DNA of 64,000 nucleotides. Origin: Paraphysomonas bandaiensis. Its lineage: Eukaryota > Protista > Chrysophyceae. The position numbers and the translations under genes were made by a program. The DNA lies in contig CBFFRP010000199.1 in NCBI GenBank assembly GCA_965644295.1, forward strand, positions 248,001 through 312,000, read 5' to 3'. Numbering within the stretch: the stretch's first letter is position 1; each line of letters starts with the position of its first letter. Under the pieces are notes generated by a model that saw nothing but the letters and a program-made list of their open reading frames with translations, ran no database searches and was not told the origin of the DNA. Below, piece by piece: positions 14,501 to 27,920 of the stretch.

Positions 14501-17500
14501 CTGAATCAATTGTCACAAGAGATATTTTGAGGCGACAAGCATGTGCGTCTGGATGCCAGTCATTGTTCGTGCGCGAAAATCCACTAAAAATATCATCTCC
14601 TTCAGTATTGAATCTCGTATCTGTGGCAATGCTATCCGCCAATCGAAACACCTCAGCGTAATCTCTGTGAAGAAACCGCAGGAGCATCAAGTAGACAGCA
14701 GAATTTAATCCCTTGGTAAGCAAAAAAGATAGCGATACATGTACAGGATACAGAAAATATCTTTCCGACAACGGGATTTTTTTTCTGTTTAAAACAAGGA
14801 ATGTACTAAACGGCTCAGTTGCTATATGTGGCCTGTGGGGTGGTATGACTGGTACGAGGACCTGTGTTTCCCCGCGCACATTTGACACAAGCAGAGAGTG
14901 TGGAATGCCTGTCAGCATCTTCGCAGTCAATGAATTACGCTCATTCGAGATAAATATGTCTACGTGATCGACACTGTAGAGTCTCATAATTCCTTCGTGA
15001 TCAGGCCTTGCCACAAAAGAAAGCTTAAGGCGAGGAAGTTCGACCAAGTCAATGGGTGGACACCCAACAGGTATTCCATTGGCCAAAGAGCAATTCTACA
15101 ACAAGTCAAGTGAGACTATTACAACAGCTATTCAAAAGATATTTAAGGACGTACATTACAATTGCTTGTTTTAGTCCATGCACATATATGCCCAACATTC
15201 TCTATCCGCGATAGAGTTTTCATGATGGAAAATAAACGGGAATTTTGTGGAGCGTAGAGAAGGTTGAGTAGTACCATATCCTCTGAATCTGTGGGAGAAA
15301 ATGGGGCAAAATCAACTCCCAACCCAATAATCTCACTTGCAACAGCAGATGCTAATTTTTTCACATCTGTGAAGGGCTTCGTCAAAGAACTGCTGCCCAA
15401 TCGACTCAAAGCTGCAATGCACGCTTCTTCATTGCCATTGCATGCAGCTATAACTTCACCAAGCTCATTGAATTGACAAAATAGTATACGTTCTTTCTCA
15501 ATCACTGTGGGTGCATGATCTCTTTCATCGTCGCTATCACTCCGAAAGTCGTCATCTTCGCTGTCAGACATTCCTTCCCAGTGCCATACCCCTTCTCCAC
15601 GTGCTCTTTTCTCCGATTCTCCACGCTTCTGAACAACCTCGGGGTCAACTCCTCGTTGTATTCCCACCCATTTATAATCGTTGACGTACTCGATGTCGTA
15701 TGTAGAATTATCATTCACACGGCGAACGACACATGGCCAATATTCCCCTTTGCCTTCATAATCGCACTCAACCTCTGAGTCAACTTTGAAAATCATTTCA
15801 TCATCAACTACATCTTTATCCATATCAATATTCTTCTGTCTCGTCGGTCGCGCAAGAAGATGTAACGATTCGCAAACGGATGCAATGCGTTGGCGAAGCC
15901 TGAAATCACGTTCCACAAGTTTCTTAGGGCGACGTATTATAGAAATAGTTCGTCCAGGCAAACCTGTACACTGCAATACAGACGCATTTTTGAACATTGA
16001 GCCAGCGGATGAAATATTTTCATGTGACCCTGCCATTGAGATTTCAATAAAGATCATGAATTCTCCATCATCAACATTCGGATAACCACGAAGCCGTTTA
16101 TACCCGCGAGATGCCATGAAGAAGTTATCAGCAACTGTTCCTTGAGGTACAATACTTTCGTCCTCCCAAAATGTATAGGCGTCCAGAAGAGCGTCAGGAA
16201 CGAGCCCATACATAAGGCGAGATGGTACAAGTACTTCTCTTCCTCCACTTAGATTAAGAGGGTGCTGTTGATCCCTCACGACCAATACACTAGACGCAGG
16301 GCTAGCGGATACATTGTCAATATCATTGACGAGATAGTTATTACAACCGGCTGGATATGACGAACCCGCGCCACGAATCCAAAAATCTGGGTATTGAGCC
16401 TAAATTCCATATTATTGATTTATACGAAATTAAACTACACACCTGTCTGTCCTGAATACTGGGTTGCATTTCTCGAAGGGTATAGCGAGTGTCAGTTGTG
16501 AGGTGTAGAGAGTACCACCACTCTCTCCCTTGCGAAACACACTCATATACATGTAAACAACGTAATCGCTTGAATAAATACACTAGCTTGAACGGTCCAC
16601 CAAGCATAGGGTGTAATCCCAAAAGTACAGCAACCTCGGCATCATTCGGTAAGGCCTTCTCAGGCAGCATGAATTGCATAGGTGGAGGTTGGGGACCATT
16701 GAAGAAAGTTTTCCGAATAGGTTCAAATATCTATAGATACAAGGAAGTCACAAAACAGGCATAGAATAATCATACCTACATTCACAATCCACCGCTCGCT
16801 GTCAAATAGTTCAGCAGGGTCATACTCTCTCTCCCATTCATCTCCTAGTGGAGGACAAACTGTATGCGCAGTTGGCCAGTATTCAAGCTCATGATTAAGC
16901 CCCACGAGGCGATAACATTGCCGATTTTCTGCTCTTTCAACAAGCGAGGCCTGAATAGTCGAATCCCCAAATATCATCATAACATCGGGATGATTGGCAA
17001 TATCCGAAATTAAGGCAGCCAGATGTTTACTTCTAAGAGTCATTTGACCTAATTGCGTGTCGATTTCAACACCAAGCATGCCAGTATCTGCGACTTCACC
17101 AACTTCACAATCGTAGGATGTCTGCAATATCAATGCTGGAGCTGGTGGAAGATCGTCGATGTTATCGCTGCCAGATTCATAGCCATTTCCGTGTGTCGTT
17201 GCAGCAGTTCGAGTAGAACCCACCGCCCACCTACCACATGACCTTTTTCCTTGTATACGACTCCACCTATTCTGTTTGTCTAATACACCAGCACTTGCCT
17301 TGAGACTTCCAGTCAGAGAGGAACTTACTTGAAGTGCTGTTTGCATTACTTCATCAAGAACACCTTGACGACAAGAAGTGGCCCAACTAATAAGCCGACG
17401 ACGTTGTACCTGCAAAATTTCATACAATTCTGTTTCTGGCATATGCATACGAGCTCCTTCAGCCGTAGCTTTATTCCAAGTGTGCCGAGTTGTCAAGTAT

Positions 17501-20500
17501 ACAAAGCTACCAATTAGTGTCTTTACAGTAGCAGCGGTGAATTCATGCTCTTTGCTATTACGATATAATAATATTTTGTGGGCATGCAAATCGCAAGCAA
17601 GTCGAGAATTTCTATCTATCAACGATTCGTTGTTTGGTTCCGAGGATGTTTGTTTGTCAAGTCGTTTTAAATAGTCTTCGAATAGATTTTCAAACTGCAC
17701 ATGTAAGATTTGACGTAGATCTGCTCGACCTTTTTCAAGCTTTAAAAGAACATCGTCGTACACGTCTACCTCACGCAAGGGGATGTCGGCATAATCGTCC
17801 TCTCCACGTGCCCAGCAAATTAAAAAGGTTAAGTAATTGTCTACTCGAGCAGCGAGTCTAGTAATGTACAAAATGATCATAGTAGAAGTGTTGAATTCTT
17901 TAGCACCCTCATCGACAACGGAGCCCGTGTCCATAGCAAGAGCCCCCTTGAGTAAATCAAGGATAGATCGCAAAACTGTGTCAGGAGATCTGTAAAGCTC
18001 ATTCAAAAGAAGTCCATATGGCGTTGACAAGAGTTCAGGGTGCCGTGTGGGCACCATCTGCAGTTTATATCAAACATATGATATCAACAAAAGCAGTTAC
18101 CTTAGGCTCAACTCCTCCCATATCCATTGCCATATACATTCCCGGCTCAAACATGACTGAGTCTAATATGTTTCTCAGCTCCGGCGATTGAAGCTTATGG
18201 ATTCTATCTTCGCTTGAAAAGAAAGTTATGAGAAGAGGAAGTCTCATGTATGGAACTGTCAGGTACGAAATCAACAGTTCGGAATCACGCTGATTTAAGA
18301 CTTGCCCGAATTTATCATCAAATGACGGCAAATTCGGTCGATATATGACATCATCCTCCGTCTTTATCTTTGGAGGTGGGACATAAAAAAATGGTGTCGC
18401 CGTTGAAGGAAAGCGATGGGAAGGAAGATGCTCCGGATCAATTATCTTACCAGTTACAGGGTGGGTCTGCCTAGGATCGGGGCGACACTTTAGTTGAGTC
18501 CCAAAACCACTCACTTCATATCCTCCATTCGAGTCGTCCCATGTAAAAACAAGTTGTGCAGACATCCGATCCCGCCGCATTATATTTTGTGGAGCCTCAG
18601 GATCTGTATAATTCATAAATACTTTACGATCTGTGTTGAGAAAAAACTTCCACCAGAAGGCAACATCACGATAGCATTGTAGCTCCGGGTAGTTTTTCAT
18701 CTAAATAATGAGTTATAGTAGTATTTTGCGAATGTTTGCCCTCACCAAGTATGAGTTAGTTGGCATGGCGTCGCACAGCTGCATATGGGGTCGAGAAATT
18801 GGAATAGCTATTTCCCGCCCAACCATGCGAAGGTATTTTATCAGCTCCTTTCCTGGACGGAGAACATAGTCCTCCTCCCATGAAAATATTTTTCGCAGTC
18901 GGTTTTGACTTGGGCTTTGAAAATAATCCAACACAGCAGTTCGTGCTATGTTTAATTCAGGGTAGTGCACCTCAATAGTTTCAGTCTGGAATAATTCATA
19001 ATATTTGATAAGATATTTGATATATCATGCTACACAATAAGATAAGCCAAACCTGTGTTGCAAACGATCCCACAGATATTCCAAATCCTGGATGACCCAA
19101 CTGACGACCAGCTGCGGTGCGCCCCATCAATTGCGCGCACATCTGCACACACTAGACTGTAAATGCAACCAACACAGTTTAAATACCCAACCTCCGATGG
19201 TTCGTCGACCGCTATTTTACGCATAATTGCATCTGACACAGCACACATGCACCCAGGAACAATGACACACACTGCATCAAATGGTCGGCTCTGCTGAATG
19301 GACATCGCAGCAGCTGCAAAATGCTCACTTAATCGTTGCAATGTCAACAACAGTTCAACCTAAGAACGCAATTACGATTCCATAGCTTCTCAGAAGGAAA
19401 CAGACCTGAAGTTCATAAGTAATTGATCCATCCCATATGCAGCCAAGTGCGGTTACAGCCCGCTCTGCTTCTTTACCGACTTCAAAATCAGGGAGTAGTT
19501 CTTCTCCAAAGCACTCAACTTTTTCCACCACACTCTCTTCCTTTTCATTATCCTCCTTCTTGTTACTAGGTTTGATTTTGCTTGTGATTTTGACCTCATC
19601 ATTGGAACGCTTTTCACACAGACGTTTAGCCTTTTCTTCAGCTCGTTTGACTTCTTCTACAGCTTTTTTAGAGGCGCGACGACTACTTCTCTCTGATATA
19701 TATAGTTCGCTTTCAGTCATACCAATGCCTCGCGGTTTCGGAATCGGCACGACCTGTTGAAGGGCACATTCATGACATGAAATACAATAAACTAATCCAA
19801 GCGTCATACCTGGGTGAAGACATGTTCAATGACCGATAATATTATAAACTTGTCGTTCTTAATGCAGTGGCTCTGATTTTCAATCAATGTACAAATCTTA
19901 TCACACATTCGAATGGCAGAAATAGCCTCTTTTCGCGTTACGGCCTTACGTGGAATCTGGAGCAAATCTACAGGAATGTACTTTCCCAGTGCCACAGTCT
20001 GACCTATAGAGTATAATCTTTAGATAAAGCGATGCATATGTCAACGCACTACCTGGGTCAGGTTCACTATTAGGCATATCCCATGCCATCATATTTTTGA
20101 ACTGTATGAAGGAAGGGTCATCCGATTCATTGGACATTGGCCCATCGAGGTTGAGCAGGGGAGGCAAATCAACAGAGTCATCTCGGCAAAAAGAAAGCGA
20201 TGAAGACACTTCTTTCACCAACTGATGAATCTCGCCCAGCATTACGGAGGTGTCCACGACAAAGTCTCCATTTAAACTTTCACTAACAACCAACAGTTTA
20301 TAATACGTAATAAATATCGAATACTTACGTCGAATCAGCCTTATCTGTAACAATAACTGCATAATGACTAAGTTCCCTGACCACAAGTTCGCACACCTTT
20401 TGGCCATTTTCGTCTGGTAGCATGTACACTAGATCATTTTTGACCATTTCAACCATCTTGGTACATAATGCGAGGTGTATCTATGAAGCACATTAACACA

Positions 20501-22795
20501 TTTATCAATGAAGCATGTATTCCTCACGATATCGCATTGCAAATCAGTTAAACCTCGACTTCGAAGCATATAGCGAAGGGCCTCGATAACACACCTCACA
20601 TACGCGGTCTGTGATCTCTGGGGTCTACGCCACTCACCACAGAGGCCAAGTTGATCACGTTCTTGCGCTCCAACCTCAGCCTCTACAAGTGATTCCTCCA
20701 GTGGTTTTCCCGTCAAAAATGGTAGCAACACATCATAGAACCTAGTGGTATCTCCGTGATGAGTATTTACAGCCAAATTATAAGCTGCGGCCCAAAACAC
20801 ATCATCGAGGGCATTCTTCTTCGGAATACCATCTAACACCAAGCATGTACGATAAGATATTTCCGGAGCAGATTCAGTGGCAGATACTGCATGATTTTTG
20901 AGGCCACCAAAAGGGTCCGTCTGTATCACAACTAATTTAAATGTTCGCTCCGAAGTGCGTTGAAGCAACAGTAAAATCTCTCGATTCTCCACAAGGAGAG
21001 GCAACAATAGAGAGTCACCTTCGCCCACACTTTGTAAAATTTTCTTGAGCTTTCGCAAAAAACTGAGAAGCTGTGACTCAGTTGACGTCTTTAGCATCCG
21101 CAACATTTGCTTAAATACAGCAACACTCTGTTGCATCACGTGAAGGGTATCAGAAAAGCCGACACGAGCGTTGTGGTCAAGACCAGAAGAAGGGCGGGTC
21201 AACATAACATGCCCGGCCACTTTCTGTAGAACAAAATTAAGTACAGTGTAGGACCAAGCAAGATTACTGGATCCCTCCAGAGTAGTTTTCTCGACAAAAG
21301 CATCTCCGAACACACCAACAAGTGATGGGGTCATCCACATTGGTCTGGGCTTGGGGAAGAGCTCCGCAAGTGAGAGGCCCTGCCGTTGCTTCGCTACCTC
21401 AGCACGACGCTCCTCGTCAAACATGCACAATACCTATTACAAACAAACAAAACATCAGTACTCTCGTCGGTAGATTGTCAGCTCGTATACTGTTTATACC
21501 TTGTCTCGTGCTCTACTTGTCTTAACATCGAGATCAGTGGAGTATTTGGCTTCCACACGTACCGAGCGCAAAGCTATATTACCGGGCATCATACCAGTCT
21601 GTGCCGATGAAAAAAGAAAGAGCCCATCAGGGTCCAAGGCGAAACGCTCGTTTGCAACTATTGATTCTTCCTTCAGAACTACCCCTGGTTCAGTCCCAAC
21701 CCCTAAGGTGTGGTGAGTTACAAACAAAAAGTATGTTGAAAAAAGGCACATACATGTCCTCAATTCGCCTTTCTCTTCTGCAGAGGACGCACATTTTACC
21801 GTTACTACAACGCGTTTCCAGGCCCCGACCTCGATACGTGCCCGGGTTGTGTCACCATAAGTACCGAAAAGCCCGACACCACCGGCTTGGTTGATGACAC
21901 ACTCACCATCAGACCGCGAGAGAGCTGTCTTACCTGACCGCTTATTTTCCTCTGAGTGAATCAACGCCGTCTGGTATAGAGACAATCCTTCCCTTGGAGG
22001 TGCCTCTAAAAGCTTTATATCCATCGTAATAGTGTACGCATTGATGTACTCCTTGTACCACTTCCCGTATCCACCCCCCATGGTCCCTCCCTTTCCCCAG
22101 GCGTCCCCTCCCCACACGTCCATAGAAGGCCCATAGCAGAATTTAGACCCCATTTTAGCCCTTCGTTTCTTTTCTTTCTCTGCTGCCCGACGTCTCTCTT
22201 CTTTTTTTTCGTCACCGCCATCCAGCAATTCCGAAACATTCAACTTGAGTCGATATCCAGGTTTGATGATAAGGGCCGTACTCCCATCTTTCAGTGTCTC
22301 AAAAACAGCCGCCGCTGAACCATTATCACATGCTTCTTCGTTTTCCGTAACACCTTGATTGTCGTTCCAAGATGTGTAGGTTTGTGAAGAAAATGAGACC
22401 TCCGCAGGTTTCTTCCCCTTTCCAATATCATCATCCTCTTCTTTGTCACTCTTCTTCAGCTTGGCGGCTGCTTCAACTTCAGCTGTTGCTTTTTGCAACA
22501 AATCATCGGCACGTTCTGGGTCAATAATTTCTACATTTTCAGGGAATAACTCCCTGTCTCTCCTGAAATCAAAAAACATGTATGGATCCTCCACCTTCTC
22601 TTCCTCTTCTTCATAACACTGTTGGTTACCTTTCCCTCTTCTTTCATAATCATCATCAGATTCACTATCACTCTCACCCAATACATCTTGATTAAAAGAA
22701 TCAAAGTCATGCTCGTAATCAGGGCCAATAGTTGTTGTGACAGGTTTCGGTTGAGATTTATTTTTTTTTGATTTACGTGTTTTCCCACGGCGCAT
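2501..22795 (-). CDS. Giant multi-exon (~30 exons, ~6,200-6,300 aa) DUF3638/DUF3645 helicase-like P-loop protein with LamG, Tudor, thioredoxin x2, SPRY, WWE x2, EF-hand, Zn-finger and IQ modules
   Basis: Consecutive minus-strand ORFs join in frame through 29 short GT-AG introns (e.g. 21753-21703, 21499-21434, 7041-6994). Motifs: QMIMGAG|KTS (Walker A, intron-split), LLDEVD (Walker B), RLKLAVPFVGKDVPSRSSEFAHPDV (DUF3645), GFSGTP, ALIDTGALITG, DQ|IHTTGMD, Q|GAYRMRG, EQEREQEQEQEKEVE, WCGPC, EF loops DYDNTGFLSPSE and DSNRDGVVDYKE, IQAAFRGHRTRK. Confidence 0.88.
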
Positions 22796-23358
22796 ATTGC
22801 CCGTATTTTAGATTACCTTTGAGGTAAATATGCAGTTAAGAACAATGTACTATCTATTGAACAATATATTGTTCCTAGGTATTGTATTGTATCCAAGATA
22901 TCGTCTCTAGATTATATATATATGCTTGTGCATCTATCTCATAACTAGCTTCATCCATCATCATGCATCTATCCTAGAGCCTATAGCTCTCCTCGGCAGA
23001 CAGTATCTTTTTCTTCACTCTTCTCATCTCCTTCCCATAAACTCAGGTAGGGTCGTAGCATCTTTCATGTGGTGTTTACTAACTTTTTGTGTTAACTTTG
23101 CAATTTATTATGATATTGGATAAAAATGCCGTTTTTTGATAAAAATACCATAATTCTTACATCCTTACAGTCAACGTGTTTTTGATTATGACAATCGAAT
23201 CAAAAAGGCCAATCTGGAGACCCAACAGGTGATCGTGTTAATGGAGGAACATCTATCTGCAACTGTTCCGTGGAGTGTGGAGTGAGGAGTGCCCTATCGT
23301 ATCTAATATTTGTGTTTTTCTGCAAAGGATTTCTCTGACAAAGGATTTCTCGATTAAT

Positions 23359-24557
23359 ATGTCTAGTAATAGTGATTTGTATGCGACTATGATGGGAAGT
23401 GCTACTGCCGGCCTGTTTGGTAGGCTGGTTTGCCATCCGTTGGATACTTGCAAGACAAGGATTCAAGCGCCTCCTGGTTATGGACATGTATTGAGATCGA
23501 CGTATAGTGTTCTAGTTAAAACTTTTAAAGAAGAAGGATTGAAGGGTTTGTATCGTGGAATTGGTGCTGTAACCATTGGAGGCATTCCTGCAACGTGTTT
23601 GTATTTTACTTCTTATGAGGTATTATGAATTCAGAGTGTGTACATATTCTCTTACCTCTCAATCTGTCATAGATTTCGAAGAACTACTTATCAACAAACA
23701 AATGGTTTGAGAAATCTCAGTTTGCGTCGTATTTTGTCAGTGGAATGTTAGCAGAGACTATCTGGTTTGTTCTTCATGCAATACATACTGATTTAACAAA
23801 TGTTTCTGTGTAGCTGCATAATATTTGTGCCAGTGGATGTCATCAAGGAAAGAATGCAAGTTCAGCGACATGTACCGGGACAGGGATCCGCTGTTTTGTA
23901 TCGAAACAGTTTGGATGCCCTTATGGTAACTATGAAACATGAGGGACTTGGGGGCATATATAGAGGATATGGAGCCACGCTACTTTCGTTTGGGCCCTTT
24001 TCGGCCCTTTACTTTACATTCTACGAAGAGGTGATGTAAAACTCATCATCACAATTCTTTCTCATTGGCAAATAGATTAAGAAGCGCATGTCACTGCTAA
24101 TGCGGAGCAACGTGGACTCCCCTAGTTTTGAGCTGTCGCTTTGCAGGTATTTCGTTTTGACTCTTTTCTCCCATTCACTTATTCTCATTGGCTGCATACA
24201 ATAGTTCTGCTCTTGCTGGAGGATTAGCATCCTTTATTACGAGCCCACTGGACATGGCTAAGCTTCGACTACAGGTTCAGCGACAGAGCGAAGCCGCAGC
24301 AAGTCTAGCGTCTAAATGCACCGGGGAACCGAGGGTAGTGTATTCTTCTTTCTTGGATGTACTGCGGAAGACGTATGCTGGGCATGGAGGAATGAGCGCT
24401 CTCTATAGAGGGGCCACCGCCAGAGTAAGAACACTATTCCCGACTTGTAATTTATTGTAAACTTGTGAGTTTCCAGGTGTTATTTCATGTCCCCAATACC
24501 GCTATTTCAATGGCACTTTTTGAGGAAAGCAGGAAATGGTGGGCAAAATATGTCTAA
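23359..24557 (+). CDS. Mitochondrial carrier family (SLC25) protein, multi-exon
   Basis: Three Px[DE]xxKxRxQ signatures (HPLDTCKTRIQ, VPVDVIKERMQ, SPLDMAKLRLQ) and [G/A]LYRG/GIYRG motifs across spliced ORFs; ends ...KWWAKYV*. Confidence 0.93.
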
Positions 24558-25413
24558 AGATTTCTAAAGCTGTTGTAATAGCGAATAAGTTCTACACGTG
24601 TGTATTCGTTGAGATGTTGTGATGATAGTGTTCATAATAAGCGTATAAATTTTCTCTCTTTCTCACTTTAGTACCGATTGGACTTACTCTCTGTATGGTG
24701 TTTCTACATACCTTTGTGTATTCCAAACAGAAACATTTCATTCTCAACAATTTGAACAGCAAAGTGAAGATCAAAATCAAGCTCGGCTCAGCGAAGCGTT
24801 TTCGAAACTTTCTCGTTGTAAATTTCTCATCGTGGTCATGTCGAAAGTGATGTCACTGTCTTGGTGTGCGTTATTCACACGTTGTACTCTATTAGTAATA
24901 CTGTATATGCATTGTCAAAACATGAAGTGCAGCAAGCTAACTGCTAGTGTAATGAGATTCATTTCATCTGTATTTAGGCATTGAGCAGTATTACTTGAGT
25001 GCTACGTATAGCGTTTACCCATTTCTTGTTTACTACAATCCTGGCATGTTTGAGTTTAATTAGGAGTTATAATGAAAAAGATATTTATGGATACAGTATG
25101 ACAGGCTATTACTTGGTAAGTCGGTGTCTATTTACTGTCGAAATATAGATCAGTAAATCATTCTTCGAACGGAAGGTGCGTTTGGAGCACTCAATGGGAT
25201 GTAGTGCTGATAAACAATAAACACAATACACATATATTATTTTATCTATAATCGATAGAAATTGATTACGCGTGCCATGCCTTATGTAAGTATAATATAT
25301 AGTAATATTGGACTACACAACAACACTGTCTGTACTTGATAGAATACATATATTTCGTATATATATATGCGTCTACACGAATAATGCACTAGGTGTATTA
25401 TGATTCCATATAG

Positions 25414-25749
25414 TTAGCTGATGTTTGTTATCACAATGCACTTGTATTCACTCGATTGATAAAAGCGGCCAACAATATAATCGCAAGACTGGAAGAAGAA
25501 ATAAAGTGGCGAAAAAGCCCTTCGACCTGAAGCCTGAATGTTCCCTGTGTCCCAAGACTTAGAAACTAGTGATGAAGTCATACTGTTAGCATAAAGTCGG
25601 GTAACTATTGCTTTTTCTTCACAGTATACCACATATACCAGAAATATAACTGCAATTGCCAGCAAGGCAACCACACTAAGGAGCAATACACACACCAGAA
25701 AGGGCAGGAATATCTCTAGAGTAACAAGAAGCACAGAACAATTCAGCAC
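25414..25749 (-). CDS. Possible small membrane protein or terminal exon
   Basis: 111-codon ORF with one long hydrophobic stretch; no ATG, preceded by a possible cag acceptor; no upstream exon could be joined. Confidence 0.25.
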   Translation of the reverse strand: MLNCSVLLVTLEIFLPFLVCVLLLSVVALLAIAVIFLVYVVYCEEKAIVTRLYANSMTSSLVSKSWDTGNIQASGRRAFSPLYFFFQSCDYIVGRFYQSSEYKCIVITNIS

Positions 25750-26187
25750 ATGGATCTGTCATGAGTCACCCTTTCAGTGATCTCTCCATCACTGTCTCAA
25801 GAGTAATCTTACGACCGTTCCTATAGCTAACAAACATCCACTCGATGAGGATCAGAAGACTGAAAACTCTGTATCACTGTATTCTACGGTATTCCTGCAA
25901 TATAGAAGAAGGTTTATGAAATTTCGTAATAAAATTCCACCCTTCCACCCTCATTTTTGAATACAAAGAGTGGCTACTTCGAATGCAATCAACATACATA
26001 TAGGCATTGATACGTTCGTATATGACATACATAGTCATACATAGTACTGCTGACTACCATACAGCAATATGTCTGGTAGACCTTAATATAAGCATATTAC
26101 ACGGTGGGGAAGATATTGAGCACTTTGTGGGTATATAATCTCATTTCTTCATATTACCCGTCGATTGATACTACAATCTTTGAATTC

Positions 26188-27237
26188 ATGCACTCTAGAA
26201 TTATACAGGAAGAGAAGCAGGCACAGGACTCATATGACAGTAAGACACTTAAAGGATCACGTACACTTATGTGTGCTGTGGATGGTAGTGATGGATCGGA
26301 TTTGGCTTTTCAAACTATGATGGTGATGAGGAGAAAACTCGATCATGTGTGTATGTTTCACGCATACTCTCTTGAAAAGGAGGCTTATCTACCCCCACAT
26401 TACCATAAGGACGAAATTTTATATCATTATCAGCAGGAGTTAACTAATAATTTTCACTTACCAACAACGAAATTTTCGCTGTATTGGGAAGACCGTAAAG
26501 GTCGCAGTGTAAAGGAAGTTATATCTGACTTCTTGGGTGAATTCGTCGGAATTCGGAACCCAATGTCAGGGACTCGGCGTCCACCAGACTTTTTCTTTTG
26601 TGGATTTTCTGGACGTAAAAGAGTAAGATCGCACTCAGCTAATAGCATAGCGGACAGAAAGGCTGAGTACAAAGATAACATGTTTCGTTCTATTTCTGAG
26701 GGAGATATGACTGACGACAAGGAATCTGATGGAGGAAAGGAAGCTGGCCCCAGTAGGTACCGAGAAAGGGCTTCCTCCAATGATTTAACTCTAGGTAGCA
26801 CGGCCGATTTCGCATCTCGTAATCTTCGTGTCCCAGTAGTTATTGTGAAGCTGGAGTTATTGGCGGACACGAACCGGTGTTTCGTGGTTGCCGTTGATGG
26901 TTCGGAACTGTCCATGCGTGGCTTTCGACTAGCGCTGACCCTTGTGGGCCCTCATGACAGGGTCAGATGTGTTACAGTCGCACACCCTCAGAGTGATTAT
27001 ACTGATGAGATTCGAGCAGAATATGAGGCTATTTTCCCAACACTGCCTGTATCAGACTGCGCTTATGAGGTAATCAACCGCCCTGACCGGTGCTCTATCG
27101 CGCAGACCCTATGTCGCTACGCCCTAGACCAAGAGGCGGACTTCATCGTAGTCTCTCCACGACCTGCTGAGGACCTGTCTAGTGTTACTGAATACATTAT
27201 TTGCAATTCATTTTGCTCTGTTATATTAGCCAAATAA
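26188..27237 (+). CDS. Tandem universal stress protein (USP) domain protein
   Basis: Two USP starts (LMCAVDGSDGS, FVVAVDGSELS), LGSTADFASRNLRVPVVIVK and SSVTEYIICNSFCSVILAK; intronless; first ATG at 26188. Confidence 0.9.
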   Translation: MHSRIIQEEKQAQDSYDSKTLKGSRTLMCAVDGSDGSDLAFQTMMVMRRKLDHVCMFHAYSLEKEAYLPPHYHKDEILYHYQQELTNNFHLPTTKFSLYWEDRKGRSVKEVISDFLGEFVGIRNPMSGTRRPPDFFFCGFSGRKRVRSHSANSIADRKAEYKDNMFRSISEGDMTDDKESDGGKEAGPSRYRERASSNDLTLGSTADFASRNLRVPVVIVKLELLADTNRCFVVAVDGSELSMRGFRLALTLVGPHDRVRCVTVAHPQSDYTDEIRAEYEAIFPTLPVSDCAYEVINRPDRCSIAQTLCRYALDQEADFIVVSPRPAEDLSSVTEYIICNSFCSVILAK

Positions 27238-27920
27238 GTACATGTTACCTGGTACTATTGCTGCATTGATTACGTGATAGAATGCTGTTGTCATAATAGG
27301 GAAACACGCGATGCGTGAGTTATATACGAATATATATATTTACTTAATAATACAGAAGTGGAGTATAAATTTCGTCCTTGCTGTTGTGTGCTACACATTA
27401 ATTCCCCAATACAACGCTCTGAGATCTGAACTATTAAAGAAAAATATATTATATCTACTATATCCTAGCTGTTGGCAAGATGATACACGTAGACTGTAGT
27501 TATAATAGATTTTCGCCACTGCATATACAAATATATAGTGCCACACCCACTTGCAAATCACTTACCCTGGTTCCACTATTGTGAAGATAGTAAATTTATC
27601 TGAGTGTCTTTAACACGAATACGCAAAATACAAAATACGTATAAACCACACAAATACTTACACACATATCTTATCTTCGCCATTAATTTGTATATAGTAA
27701 AGCAACAGCTAAAGAAGACTACTCAACTAAACTAAATTACAAACTAACGTAAGTGTGCTGATACACAAACTTAGAATGCCTACTCTAATAACTGCTGATC
27801 TCTCTGTAAGTGTCTTTTTATCGCAAGATATGCACAGAACAATTATAACAATGTTTAAATACGCATATATCAATCAATAGTAACAAAATTTACACTTATT
27901 AATATACTCGTGGTGACGAG

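Noticed and set aside
2603-21894. Numerous plus-strand ORFs over the giant gene
   Set aside because: Antisense shadows of long coding exons with no motifs.
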